A DNA stretch of 64,000 nt from Heptranchias perlo (GCF_035084215.1 NC_090333.1:45942001-46006000); one strand, 5' to 3'; positions 22,829 through 35,665 are shown, counted from the stretch's first letter. Numbers and translations: made by a program. Notes: generated by a model not told the origin, from the sequence alone.

Positions 22829-24948
22829 GGCCCGAAATTTCCTGGAAAGGTGTGAATGGTGACGTACCCCATTAATTATGCCAATCGTCTAGTTATGAAC
22901 TTACTCCAAAATTTCCCGGAAAAGCTTTTTGAATATGCTGCAGCAAGTGTAATGGGAGGTTAGAGACCTCAGAAGCATTGCTGCCAATGGCTAACCCTGA
23001 AAACCTTCACATGCCATTACAACAACTTGTTGAATAAAAGTTTTTCTGATGTCGTTTGTTCGATAAAAGTTTAATAAAGCTGTTTCATTTTCATTGACGT
23101 TGTTCACTGATTGGAAGTTTAATTTCACTTCTTCATGAATAAAAGTTCTATTGTTTGTTACCATATCTGTTGTCCCTCGAGTTTGCAGCCCTCTAGGGAT
23201 CAGTGCACGACGTCATTGTTTCGGACTTCCTCATGCCACTTGATTCCGTGGGTTTGACATGGTGGGGCGGGGTGGTGGGGGGGGGGGTTTACGAGTGTTG
23301 GGGGTTATCACCAGCAATCATCTGTGCTCCCAGCTACTATCTGGCTGCCCTGGTGGATGTGAGCGTGGATTCCTCTGAGGGCCACCACCCCTGGGTGCGG
23401 GGACATGCAGGTCGGGATCCTTAGGTTCCACAGGCATCTTGTCTTTCAAGTGTAGACTAAGCCTTTCTCGAAGGGCCAAATTTTGCAGTGTGCAGCAGAC
23501 CACCATAATCTTTGTCACTTTATCAGGGGTGAACTGTAGGACCCCCCCACCACCCCGCTCACTCCCCACCCCCCAATCTGTCCAGGCACCTAAAGTGAAC
23601 TTTCAGCAACCCAATGGTTCTCTCCACCACATGCCGGGTAGCCGCGTGTGCGTGGTTTTACCTCTCCTGTGCTGCATTGTTGTTGAGATGGGACAGTGTC
23701 ATCAACCAAGGCCTCAGGGGGCTTGTCCCCCAGGACCCATTCTCCTCCTTGTCTCTCCCTGCTGCATAATTCATAGATGGCAGAATGCTGAAGGACGAAG
23801 GTGTTGTGACCGATTCCCCGATGCTCAGAATTTACATGCAGAGCCCTTTGTTAGGCATCACAGATATTTTGCACATTTAGCGAGTGGTAACCCTGCCTGT
23901 TTATTAATGTGACAGGATCCTTGAGTGCAGCCTTCAGCGACACCTGGATACCATCGACAACCCCCGCACAATGTGGAAGCCAGCAAGCATGTGGAAGTTG
24001 ATAGCCCTGACTCTTTGTTCTGCAGGTCCGTTGCCCTGCGGAAGAGGGTATCTGTCACCTGTTGAATGCAGGCTCTCACAGCTCACTGGCTGATGTTGCA
24101 GGGATCTCCAGTGGATGACTGGAAGGAACTGCAGCCATAGAAATTGAGGGCCATGCTTACCTTCATTTCAACTGATAAGACCCTGTGGGAAGTAAACTAT
24201 GGCTTCAGGTCTTCCTGCAGCATTTCACAGAAGTAGCCAATTGCTGCTCTGGTGCAATGCAGTCTGTGCATGCAAAGCTCCTCTGACAGCTGCTGGTATG
24301 ATATGTGTTCCCTGTACACTTTCTGGGGGTGGGGACTAGTAGCGAGTCCAGTGCAGTCTCCAGCCATGGTGCCTCATGCACCGTGCATCCTGCCTCTGTT
24401 CCTCCTCCTCTTCCTCATCCCTGATAATACAGAATGGGAGAACGCTCAGTGGAAAGGCCGTGGCAATCCTTTGACCTTTAATGCCTAGAAAAAGGTAGGG
24501 GTCCTGGAAGTATTGCCTTCAGACACTAACAGGACTCTGAGCGGCAAAACTGAAGATAACAAAGAAGCAGAGAAAAAAATCTGAGAGATCAATTCCAGAT
24601 TGCAAAGACCAAGCTCCACAGCTTTAATGGTCTCCCAGGATGAGAATCATGTGAGAGTCATAAATCATGTCGTTACCAGGTGACCAAGGGCACACCTGCG
24701 CCATTATTTTTCAGCCTAAATGACTGTGGTGAGAAAACTAGTGTAAATCCAGGGAATATGCGATCACAGTGAGTGGAGCTATGATAATCAACTTTTCATG
24801 GTGAAGGTTTCAGCAAAGCAGTGCAAAAGTCATAGGATATTATGGCATGATGTTAATAGTGACGTAACTCGCTTGTACCATCATTCCTGGGACTTTTGCT
24901 CTGAAATACGACATTCTGATGCTGGAATTTTCCAGGAAATTCCTGCCC
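22829..24948 (-). mobile_element. Complete-ended PIF/Harbinger element (transposase remnant only)
   Basis: TIRs GGCCCGAAATTTCCTGGAAA / GGGCAGGAATTTCCTGGAAA (17/20 match); 3-bp TSD AAT at 22826-22828 and 24949-24951. Confidence 0.85.
23290..24470 (-). pseudogene. Harbinger transposase remnant
   Basis: Fragments ALNFYGCSSFQSSTGDPCNISQ, CIQQVTDTLF and CLD..GG.LQFTPDKVTKIMVVCCTLQNLA; many frameshifts. Confidence 0.85.
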
Positions 24949-25779
24949 AATGTATACTGTGCCTGGTCTGAAATATACAAATCTGGGAGCTCACGATGCT
25001 ATCACAGGAGTAAAAGTAACAGGAACTATTTTATAGTTTTCAACAACAAAAATCATTGTATCATTGTATGCATTTTATACAATAATGCTTCGCATATGAC
25101 CTTTAGTGAATCTGAATAAAGGATACGTTTCAGAACTATGGTATAAAATGCTTGAGCTTAAACAAGTTCCAGGTCACTGTATTATCTGAACATCATAACT
25201 CTGTGTCTGCCTTGTAACTCCTTACAGCCATCTGTTGTAGGACATGTTGTCAAATCAGCAGTTTTGCACAATGCATCCAGGGGTCAGACTGAATGTGCTG
25301 TGTAATCAATTACTGGTGCTTGAAATTCCTCAATTTTACTGTGATTTTTAATATTCTTGTATCTTATAAATTTAAACAAGTTGCTATGCACAGCAGAGGA
25401 AGCATGGATTAGTCTTTTATATTAGTGCACAAAACATATTGTTAAATCATCTGTGAGTGTTGAAGGAATCAGCTTCAAAGTTAATAATAGACTAGAAGCT
25501 TTGCATGAATAAATAGCTGTCTGCAGATTTCAACCTCCTAGGTCTTTCTGTTTTTTTTTGGTATAGTTGCTCATATCCTTAGCAACATAAATTAAATTAT
25601 TTATTAGAATAATTAAAAAGTGTGGCAGCCAGCCTGATTCATTGCTTAATGATTCCATTCAGCACTCAAAAATGACAAATAATAATGCCTTTTAACATTC
25701 CCCATATACAATATATATTGAAATGTTCTTTAAAAGGCAATTCCATAAGCACATTTACAATCTTTATTTTCCTTTCATT

Positions 25780-26300
25780 TTTCTCTCTTTCTCTGCTTTC
25801 CTGGTAGCAGTGACTCTCACTGGGGCATGATTCTGTGAGTTCAGGAATTCCGTTACTGTAAAGTGCCCATTCCTTATGTGTATCCAGACAGTGAATGCTG
25901 GCAAGCTACTATTCTGCAGCGGGCATCAAAACCAAGCCCATCCTGTCCTCACCTGAAGGCCACACATCTGAAGGGTAATTTTAAGTTTTATTGCTGGGCG
26001 AAAAACAGGCGAAAGCTAATCGGCAGCTTGTTGGACGAGGTGTAAAATGGGCTGTCGATTCGGTATCACCAGTTTTTTGCCCAGACATAAAAGTTAAAAT
26101 GTTCTCCTTACAATTTCCAGCAAGATTTGCTGGATAATGATTAGAAGGGAGAACACAAAATGATTTTTCCTTCTCTACCTGAGAGCCCTGAAGCCAATTG
26201 TAACATCCTAAATACTAGCCTAACCGAAATCAGTTAACTCAACACAGATTGGAAATCAAACCTGGGACCTTCCTGTTCTATATGGCTCAGTATAACACTA
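25780..26300 (-). mobile_element. Old SINE family copy interrupted by a MITE
   Basis: Head at ~26250-26295 (reverse complement GAGCCATATAGAACAGGAAGGTCCCAGGTTTGATTTCC); body similar to the other copies. Confidence 0.55.
25973..26107. mobile_element. Palindromic MITE (~135 bp)
   Basis: Long imperfect inverted arms GGGTAATTTTAAGTTTTATTGCTGGGCGAAAAAC... / ...GTTTTTTGCCCAGACATAAAAGTTAAAATGTTCTCC; the centre contains GAGGTGTAAAATGGG. Confidence 0.75.
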
Positions 26301-26414
26301 TCAGTACCTTAATTACGCTATTAAAGAAAGGTTTCACAGAAGTGATTGAAATCAGTGGCAGATAAGCTAAAATCAATTCTGCAGCATTTGGTGGCAGGCT
26401 CACGTCTGAGACTC

Positions 26415-27830
26415 CTATAGAACCATGGAGGTACATAAGGAGACCATTTGGCCCATCGTGTCTGTACCAGCTCTTTGGTAGAGAAATTTAAAACTAATCC
26501 CACTTCCTGCTCCTTTCCTATAGCAATGTCTTTTCCTCTGCTTTAAATATTCATCCCAATAGTCCCTTGAAAGATACAACAGTTTTCTGCTTCAAAGGTT
26601 CCCTGTGGCAAAGCATTCCATGCCCCAAGCCCCAACAACTTTCTGTGTACAGAGATTTCTCCTAATCTCTCTTCTCACACCCTAGTGATAACTGAAAATT
26701 GCTGAACCCTCATTATGACTCTCCAAACAGAGGAAATAGCTTTTCTCTAATTTCCCTATCAAAATCCTTTAGAATTTTAAAAACCTCTATTAAATCTCCT
26801 CTTGGTTGTCTCTGCTCCAGTGGAAATAGTCCCAGTGTCTCATGTCTCTCCCGGTATTCTTCTATGGAGTTGAATTTAGATGGGGATGCTCCTGATCATC
26901 CACCATAACATAGGCTGAAGGTCCAGGTAAACCCTGGAGAAATGGCAGAAGCCTCATTTACTCTGGTACTCTGGGTTTTCTGTGGATCTTCTGCCGAAGT
27001 TATGGCGTTGGATTGGGAGAACCCCTGCAGAGATTCAACTTGTATAATTTTAATGCCCTTTCTATAATGGGGCTCCCAAACCTGCACATTGTACTCTTAC
27101 TATGGCCTAACCAATGTTTTCTATGAATTGATCATTACTCCTCTACTCTTGTATTCTATGCCCCTATTTATGAAACCAAAGATTTTATTGGCCTTCTTTA
27201 TAGCTTTATCTAACTTGACTTGCATTTTCAGGGAATAATGTATTTGAGCCCCTAGGTCTCTCTGTTCATCCACACTCTTCAGTGTCTTTCTATTTAGTAT
27301 ATACTGCCATTCCCTGTTTTTTTCTTACAGAATGTGTTACCTCATGCTTATCCGCAGTAAGTTGCATCTACCACTTGTTTTCCCATTCTGCCAATCTGCT
27401 TATGACTTCCTGAAGCCTTTTACAGTCCTCCGCACTGTGTGAAACCACCACTTTTGTGTCATCAGAATATTGAGATTGTGTTTCCTGTACCAGAGTCCAA
27501 ATCATCTAAAGATACTGAGAACAAAAGTGAACCCATCTTTGACCTCTGGGGTACCCCACTTCCAATCCAAGCAACATCCATTTACCTTAACTCTTTTTTT
27601 CTTGTCTGACAACCAACTTTCTCTCCATGTTTCTACATTTCCTATTATATCATACACCTGAATCTTCCTAACAAATTTCTTGTGAGACACCTTACCAAAT
27701 GCTCTCTGAAAATATACATTATATTTACTTCAGTCCCTTTATTTATTCAATCAATCACTTCTGCAAAAAATTCCATTAAATTTGTCAAACATGACTTAGA
27801 TTTAACAAATCCATGTCTTTGGATAATCGA
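26415..27830 (-). mobile_element. Old CR1 LINE fragment (RT to 3' UTR)
   Basis: Minus-strand remnants W.ESWLSDKKKRVKVNG and QVWEPHYRK; CR1 tail at ~26420-26480. Confidence 0.8.
26866..27042. mobile_element. Harbinger-type MITE inside the CR1
   Basis: Ends GGAGTTGAATT...AGATTCAACTTG flanked by TAT on both sides; the right half is similar to 43180-43240. Confidence 0.6.
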
Positions 27831-29029
27831 TGCATTTCTAAATGCTCAATACTCAATGCCCTCCTAGATGATGAGTTTCAGGACTGGGGGCATCCAGGGT
27901 CTGGATGAAATAAAATATTACTTTCTGAGCACCATCAATTCATAGAGTCATTTGAAAATAAGAACCACTTTACAAGAACTGACGGTTGTTGTGAAGGAGT
28001 CCACTAACTATATCTATGCAATGGTGTCTTTATAGAACTTCAATCTACCTTGGAGCATGCAGCACTTCCTGGTTTATCTGCAGCAGAGCACCCCCACCCC
28101 CACCCCCACTTAATAGATGCACCACCAAGCTTTTCATCACAGCAGGGGGTGATGTAAGAGAAGGAGGTTGTTTACAACAAAGCCATGGGCCTCTCATCCT
28201 TATCTGGTAATCTGTCCAAAGAACTGGGATTCATAAAATATTGGAGTGTTGCATCCAACATATGATATACTATAAAAGCAAATGGTATATGGAGCGGATT
28301 TGAAACAATTGAAGCAAATATTGGAGATGTCAAGACTATTGAGAATGTCTGTGTATAAAATGAAAGGGCCAATCTCTGCACGGAAAGCCATAAACAAAGA
28401 TAATAAAGAGACCTCTCACATCCATGGTTGAGATCGCTGCTCATGGTTTTAACTACATCAAAGAGACACAGCCCCAGTAACAAATGGAATGATTGGACAA
28501 AAAGAACGACAATTTCTCCCAAATCCCCCAATTGGTCCAAAACAATATAAAAAGAAGATTTTGCGATGAAATCTCTCTCTCTCTCTCTCACTGCAGTCAA
28601 AGAGTTACAAGAAAGTTCAACAACAGGAAGAAGAAAAAGCCTAAAGTGCTGAAAAGCTGATCACCCTTCAGGCCTTGATGAAAAATCCTTGGTTTAAGGT
28701 TATATATATTAATGATTTACCTGATGTGTGTATGAATTGTTGAATCATTAAATAATAATGTTGCGAATTACTAAGTGTATAACAGGTAGAGTAAGGTAGA
28801 ATAAGTATGTACGGTTTGATTTTGCTTTATGAATGTTCGTATGGATTATAACAGCATTAAATAATTGCTTTTAATTAACGAAACTACAGTGAGGATGATT
28901 TTCTTTGCTTGACTACTGTCCAGGTTCAAAACTCACTGGAAAATCAGGTTTTTCCTACAAAGTGAAATTGTTCTCTATTAGACACTTGTCCATCAGTGGA
29001 ATGTTAGCTTCAACATGCCTATGGTATGT

Positions 29030-29418
29030 CACGTCATGTCACGCTACACGTTACCCCACCAGCGAACAAATGTTATCTGTTTTTAACACAACGGGTCATT
29101 TGCTGTCTTTTCGATGTTTCTGCCTCTCTCTCTTTTTTTTTGGTGGTTTGTATATTCGGGGGATCTGTAGGTAACACCTGTCTGTCTGCACACTGATTGC
29201 CTTGGCAACGGGCAGTTGAAAACACTGTCTGTAATCACCAAGTATTGTTCTGTGATTTATAAATGCGAAGAGTTCGAGGATTTCATTTCCACATTCACCT
29301 GAGGAAGGAGGAAGCCTCCGAAAGCTTGTGAATTTCAAATAAAATTGCTGGACTATAACTTGGTGTTGTAAAATTGTTTACAATTGTCAACCCCAGTCCA
29401 TCACCGGCATCTCCACAT
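29030..29418 (+). mobile_element. PLE pseudo-LTR / 3' fragment with a 16-bp flanking duplication
   Basis: Near-copy of ~470-842; CATGCCTATGGTATGT occurs at 29014-29029 and 29419-29434. Confidence 0.92.
29293..29333 (+). ncRNA. Minimal hammerhead ribozyme motif (best-formed copy)
   Basis: ATTCAC-CTGAGGA-A-GGAGG-AAG-CCTCC-GAAA-GCTT-GTGAAT with a perfect 6-bp stem I. Confidence 0.78.
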
Positions 29419-29779
29419 CATGCCTATGGTATGTTTAATTGTATCCTTGTGCCTTATTCTATTTTCTTTCAGTTAAAGTTCCATTGTAAAAAGCCAGCTA
29501 GCTCAATCCTACTGCTGATTAACCATAGGCCTAATTCTGGGGTTTTCTGACTGCTCCCATGCTGATTGCTGACCTGTGTGTATTACCCACTTCACCATCT
29601 AGCTCTCCTACTGCACAATGACAATGAGGCGGAGTGCTCCTGTTGTGCAACATGTTGTACATATGAAACACTTCTGTACAGAGTGGTAGGGATATTGGGT
29701 AACATCACTCAGATATCAGAAACCAGTTACAAAGCAACATAACCTCTTGATTGGAGAATTATGCGTAGCGAGAGGTCAG

Positions 29780-30075
29780 AATGGAGGAATTCAAAAAGAG
29801 GTAAGGAGACTTTGAGGTCCCAATTGAAATTTTCAAGATAGTGAAGGGAAATAACAAAGCTGATCCAGCCAAGTTGTTCACTGTGGCGAAGGATTCACAT
29901 ACCAGGAGACACAAGTTAAAAAAAATAGGAAATTAGAATTAAAAAGGGAAGTTAGGCAAAACTTTTTACCCAAAGGGTAGTAGAGTTACTAGGAAAAACC
30001 ATTGAAATGGACAGCATGAACAAGTTTAAGAGGCAACTAGATGTATTTCTGAAGAGAGAAAGGATCGGAGGATAT
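29780..30075 (+). mobile_element. Old CR1 3' remnant
   Basis: Decayed IEIFKIVKG, TRRHKL, FTQRVV and FKRQLD motifs. Confidence 0.65.
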
Positions 30076-31439
30076 ACTGAGCATACATACCAGCCATCAG
30101 CTTTTCATGCTGACATCAATGTTTTGGGGCCAGTCCATGTAATAATCAGCATGGCTGGCCTCCTCTCTCCTCAGTGCTGCTCCTACCCAAGTCCTGTTAC
30201 GACTGGAAATAATTCCGACTATTGCATACTGTAGACCTAGTACTGCAGGAATAGGAATTCCCACCTACAGTAAACAGCAGCCGGAATCACTTCTAATAGC
30301 AGCAGGATTCAGGTAGGAACAACACTGAGGGAAATTAATGGCAATGAAGGGAAAAGAAAGGTGGAAATAAACAGCAATGAAGGGGAGAGGGAAGGGGAAG
30401 CGGAGAAAAATGGATGGCAATGAAAGGGATAAGAAAGGTATAAATGAAGGAGAAAATATAAGGGGCAGAAGCTGGGAGTGGCCTTTGGGGCGGGAGAGGA
30501 AGGAAAGTGCCAGCATGAACTGAGAGGGAGTGGGGTGGGAATGTGCCGAGATTAACTAAATGGAGGGGGAGTTGGAAGAAGTCTACCAACTTGAATCGGG
30601 TTGGAGGGGGATAAGAGTTCTAGGTTGAACTGAGTTGGGAGAAGGAGAATTGTAAACTGAAATTGTTGGAGGAGGAGGGATTGTCTCTATGAAAGAATGG
30701 GGAATTGGATGGAGTATAGTGTGAAATGCATCTGGAGGTGATATGCTTCTATAAACTGGGCAGAGGTTTGGAGTGGCAAAGTAGCTGTTGAGGTAACTTT
30801 TGGGAATTGGATGAACTATTGAAAATCCAAATGTAAGTTTGGACATTCCTTTTCTTTAGATTAAAAATCTATCAATTCTGAAGTAAAGAAGTACAGTATA
30901 GAACTAACCAGAATGCATCATTTTTTATGTAAACATTTTTTTCAAAGGAGGGTCCTCCTAGAAATATGCCACCAATTCTATGCCTTGAACAATTGGCTTT
31001 CCTGCTTCAGGTCTTAATATACTCTGTTTCTCCAATACAAGTGAAAGAATGTTGGTTACATTCACAGTGTAGAGTACAAAGCCTGTGGAACTATTTGCTT
31101 ATAATCAGGACCATTCTTGAGTTGTCACCTTTGTGGGGGCTGCGTCAGTGTTTTTGAAGCTATAGGTCAGCTTTTGCTCATCTCCTGGTGATCTTGTTTC
31201 TGTGAAGAAGTGGGTAGGTGGGGCTGATCTATGATTATTGGGGCTAATGGCAATTTCCTGTTCCTACAAATTCTTGTTTCAAAATTATCATAAAGTGTTG
31301 GATTTTCACACAATTTTAATTTTTAGGTTTATTTCATGAATGTTGTCCATTAAGGGATATTCTGCAGTCTGTACATCCTGCTGGTTCCACTTCATAATAT
31401 TCATGATATTACAAAATATTACATTATTACATTATGTTG

Positions 31440-31612
31440 AGTATATTCAAGGCTGAGATCGATAGATTTTTGGACTCCAAGGGAATCAAGGGATATGGGG
31501 AAAGGGTGGGAAAGTGGAGTTGAGGTCGAAGATCAGCCAGGATCTTATTGAATGGTGGAGCAGGCTCGGGGAGCCGTATGGCCTACTCCTGCTCCTATTT
31601 CTTATGTTCTTA
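31440..31612 (+). mobile_element. CR1 3' tail
   Basis: FKAEIDRFL..KGIKGYG plus a UTR ending TTCTTATGTTCTTA; similar to 53430-53610. Confidence 0.85.
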
Positions 31613-32689
31613 AGTTTTCATTATTGAAAACTATTGAAACTATTTTAAAACTGAAATAGACACGTCATCTTAAAGGGTTCCCGCAGATAATCAGAAGCCC
31701 TCTGTGCAGAAGGATTTTAACATTTAGAGCAGTGTGATATGTAGTTTGTGATCTCCATTTTTTTCTATTCTTACGCTGTGACTTTTTTTTTAATGCAGGA
31801 CATGATATTCATGAAAGGAAGAATCTTTGGGCAAAGAGCATAGGAATCCATTACAGACCTTAATGATGTATTAATAATCCATGATTTTCCAACAGTGCCT
31901 ATAAACTTCAGTCATGGGCACCACACTGCGTATCTACAATCAAATAAGGAAATCAAATTTTCTTGAATGTTTAAAATGATTATGTCACTCCTTAACTCAT
32001 TGTTTATTGTGTATGCCTCATTATGGAGTTGTTATTAATCTTCATCATCGCAGTAGGGGTTATATGTTGATGGATACTGTAATAATGAATATGGTTATTA
32101 CTAATCCAGTGTATGTGAATGTAATATAGTACTGTTCATTCATAGTAAAAGGTGTAATCTCATACAGTGCTCAGGAGCACTATACTGTATCACGTTCTTG
32201 GCTATGGTGGTGAGGCAGTTATCAACAAGTGCTAATCAAGTACTGGGATGTTTCTATAGGACATTTAATTACAAATCAAAAGATAGCATTTTAATCCTGC
32301 ACATCTCACTGATTAAACCACATATAGAATATTGTGTGCCATTTTGGGCAGCCTAACTTCAAAAGGAGTAAACTTGTCTTGAATATAGAAAAGAAAATTA
32401 AGAGGAACCATGGCCCAGGTCTTTGAAACACTGAGCACCATGGATAATGTAGATTTAAGTAGGCAATATAGTTTAAACATGCGAGTGCTACTGACAATCG
32501 CATCAGGACCCAAATAGGCTGACATGGCCACCACTTACGTAACTCATTAAGCAATAGCACTTCCACCCAAACTATTTTGCTCTTTCAGATACTGACTGAC
32601 TATCTTTGTTTCAGATGTTTTCAAGTGTAGCAACATGTCTGACAAGTGATGTGTGGTACTATACTTCTGAGGGAGAAATAAATCAGCCC

Positions 32690-33000
32690 CTAAGTCTCAG
32701 TGGTGTGATACTGAGCCAAACAAGATATCTGCGTTCAATACCCAATCTGAGCTGAGTGAGCTAATCTTAAACAGGATGGCAATGGGACTATTAGCGTCGG
32801 AGTCCCTATACCAATGAGGAGAAAAATCAGAGTTGCTGCTCTATCCAGTGAGCCCTGTTGGAAAGTGTGGATGAGGACAAGATCCAGCACATCTTGTGAC
32901 GCCTTTCAATGGAATAACTGACATTCACTGACTAGGCTCACAAGTGAAGAATAGCCACTCAGTAAGATGCTGCAGGGATACACCCATGAAACCCCACCCC
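32690..33000 (+). mobile_element. Old SINE family copy
   Basis: Head GTGTGATACTGAGCC...GTTCAATACCC...GCTGAGTGAGCTAATCT; similar to 62530-62885. Confidence 0.55.
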
Positions 33001-33129
33001 AGTTGGAGTTAATTGGATGCACTCTCCAGTCTGTGGCTACAAGAGCAGGTCAGAGGTTGGGTATTCTGCAGCGAGTGACTCACCTCCTGACTCCCCAAAG
33101 CCTTTCCACCATCTACAAGGTACAAGTCA

Positions 33130-33229
33130 TTTCCACACCGTTCACCTGAGGAAGGAGGAAGCCTCCGAAAGCTTGTGGAATTTAAAATAAATTTGTTGGA
33201 CTATAACTTGGTGTTGTAAAATTGTTTAC
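33130..33229 (+). mobile_element. 100-bp mini PLE insertion with an 8-bp TSD
   Basis: ACAAGTCA at 33122-33129 and 33230-33237; removing the insert and one copy restores the host LINE frame (IYK.QVRSVMEY). Confidence 0.92.
33141..33180 (+). ncRNA. Minimal hammerhead ribozyme motif
   Basis: TTCAC-CTGAGGA-A-GGAGG-AAG-CCTCC-GAAA-GCTT-GTGGAA. Confidence 0.72.
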
Positions 33230-34139
33230 ACAAGTCAGGAGTGTGATGGAATACTCTCCACTTGCCTGGATAAGTGCAGCTCCAACAACACTCAAGAAGT
33301 TCGACACCATCCAGGACAAAGCAGCCCGCTTGATTGGCACCCCATCCACCACCCTAAACATTCACTCCCTTCACCACCGGTGCACTGTGGCTGCAGTGTG
33401 TACCATCCACAGGATGCACTGCAGCAACTCGCCAAGGCTTCTTCGACAGCACCTTCCAAACCCGCGACCTCTACCACCTAGAAGGACAAGAGCAGCAGGC
33501 ACATGGGAACAACACCACCTGCACGTTCCCCTCCAAGTCACACACCATCCCGACTTGGAAATATATCGCCGTTCCTTCATCGTCGCTGGGTCAAAATCCT
33601 GGAACTCCCTTCCTAACAGCACTGTGGGAGAACCTTCACCACACGGACTGCAGCGGTTCAAGAAGGCGGCTCACCACCACCCTCTGAAGGGCAATTAGGG
33701 GTGGGCAATAAATGCCGGCCTTGCCAGCGACGCCCACATCCCATGAACGAATAAAAAAAAAGTCGGGGTCACTGGATAACAATAAGGTTGGGAAATGTGG
33801 TTGATTTTTCTCCCCTAATGCATCGCTGCTTTGTCAACAAATTCAGAAAACTGGTATTTTGGATCCATCAATAAAAAATGACTGCGATATCTTCATGGTG
33901 TTGAATAAATTGAGAATTTATCAAGGAATCTTTGGCATAGTACGTGTGGTGGCAAGTTGTATTCCTCAAAATTTATTATAATTTTATGCAAGTTTTATAT
34001 ATGCACCTTATGTTAATATTTATAGAAATTAAATATGAAAATCTTTTAGCCTAAATGACCTGAGTTCTCAAACCAACTGCACGATTGTCAGAATTATGAT
34101 GAAACTAAAATCGGCAGAGCAGTAGAAACTGAGGACATG

Positions 34140-35300
34140 GCTAAGGATTTGGATCATTTATGCAGACAGGCAGACATTTGGCAGATTAAATTTTAATCTT
34201 AACAAATAGAAAGTATGGTACATTGGATGAAATAATGTGCAACATACAGTACAAAATGAATGGAATAATATTGGCACAGGGTGACTCAGAAAGAAACCTG
34301 GGAGCAATAATGGACCTGTTACTGTCAATGTCTGGACTCTGTGGTAAGGCAATTTAAAAAGCTAACAAAATGATGGGATATACAGCCAGAAGAGTGGAAT
34401 CCAAGTTTACTGAGGTTATACCAAGGTTATATAATACACTGATTATACTAAAACAACGACAATTTGCATTTATATAGCGCCTTTAGCCTAGTAAGTTAGG
34501 CTAGTTTACTAAAATAAAAGGCACTATATAAATGCAAGTTGTTGTTGTAGTAAAATGTCCCTAGGCACTTCACGGGAGCGTAATCAGACAAAACATTGAC
34601 ACCAATTGAAAGGAGATATTAGGACAGGTGACCAAAAGCTTGGTTAAAGAGGTGGGTTTTAATGTGCGTCTTAAAGAGGAGAGGTGGAGAAGTGGAGATG
34701 TTTAGTGAGGGAATTCCAGAGCTTAGGGTCTAGACAGCTGAAGGCACGGCCGCCAATGGTGGGCGAAGGAGATCGGGGATGTACAAGAGGTCAGAATTGG
34801 AGGAGCGCAGAGTTCTCGGAGGGTTGTAGGGCTGGAGGAGGTTGCTGAGAAAGGGAGTGGCGAGGCCATGGAGGGATTTGAACACGAGGATGAGAGTTTT
34901 AAAATCGAAGCTTTCAGGGACCAGGTGAAGTGTTGTGTACAATTCTGGTTACCATGCTACAAAAGGAATGTGCAAGCATTGAAGAAGTGTAACAAGAATG
35001 ATTTCAATAATAAGTGTGATGACTGGAGAGCAAATGTTAAAAAATCAATCTCCAGAGACATGAGAGAGGACAGATAAGGAAGGATTTAATTGAAGTATGT
35101 AAATACTAAATGATTTAGTTAATATAAATCCTGATTATGACTTTAAAATAACGCAGGGCAATTGGCCCAGAGGTCTTAAATGTAAACTAGGCAAAAATAA
35201 ATTTGGAATGATAACTGCCTGAAAAATCTCACAGGCAGGGTAGTGGGGATGGCAATTTTAGAAGATGTGGACGCATGGCTAGGAAATTTAGAATAACAGA
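34140..35300 (+). mobile_element. Very old CR1 RT remnant, interrupted by L2
   Basis: ADIWQIKFN..K, KANKMMGY and LYNTLI before the break; CCVQFWLP.YK after 34920. Confidence 0.65.
34451..34915 (-). mobile_element. L2 LINE 3' fragment (same family as 19920-21194)
   Basis: Reverse complement encodes FDFKTLILVFKSLHGLA...YNPPRTLRSS; tail CAACGACAATTTGCATTTATATAGCGCC. Confidence 0.88.
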
Positions 35301-35665
35301 GAATAAAACTTCAGTAGCCTGAATAACTATTTCTCATCTTTAGGATTTTTAACATAAATTTTGTGCAAATAGTCTAGATTTCTGAAAAGGTTGGGAAACT
35401 TGCAACTAAAATATTCATATCAAAACACTGTCATAGGTAAAGAAGAAATCACTATGTAAGCTCACAAGACCACACATTGTGCCAGAAATTGCTGCAATGA
35501 CGGGTTTGGTGGCGAACGACGTTAATTGAACTTTTGTGCTCGCCATTGACTTCGCACTATATAACGGCACAACAATGTCAATGTTGCTTCTGGGACCTTG
35601 CAGACATCATGCTTATCTCCTTCACCAAACACACGGCACTATAAAAAGTTGAAAACAGACGCAAT

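Larger units (their letters stand above)
33028..33761 (+). mobile_element. CR1/L2-supergroup LINE 3' end with poly(A), split by a mini-PLE
   Basis: AGQRLGIL.RV...LSTIYK.QVRSVMEYSPLAW...IQDKAARLI...SWNSLP; poly(A) at ~33753-33761. Confidence 0.88.

Noticed and set aside
30330-30800. Purine-rich stretch with hydrophobic antisense ORFs
   Set aside because: Low-complexity GA-rich sequence; the ORFs are compositional.
31770-31865. Strong acceptor TTTTTTTAATGCAG followed by short reading frames
   Set aside because: Frames close within ~22 codons and there is no supporting donor or homology.
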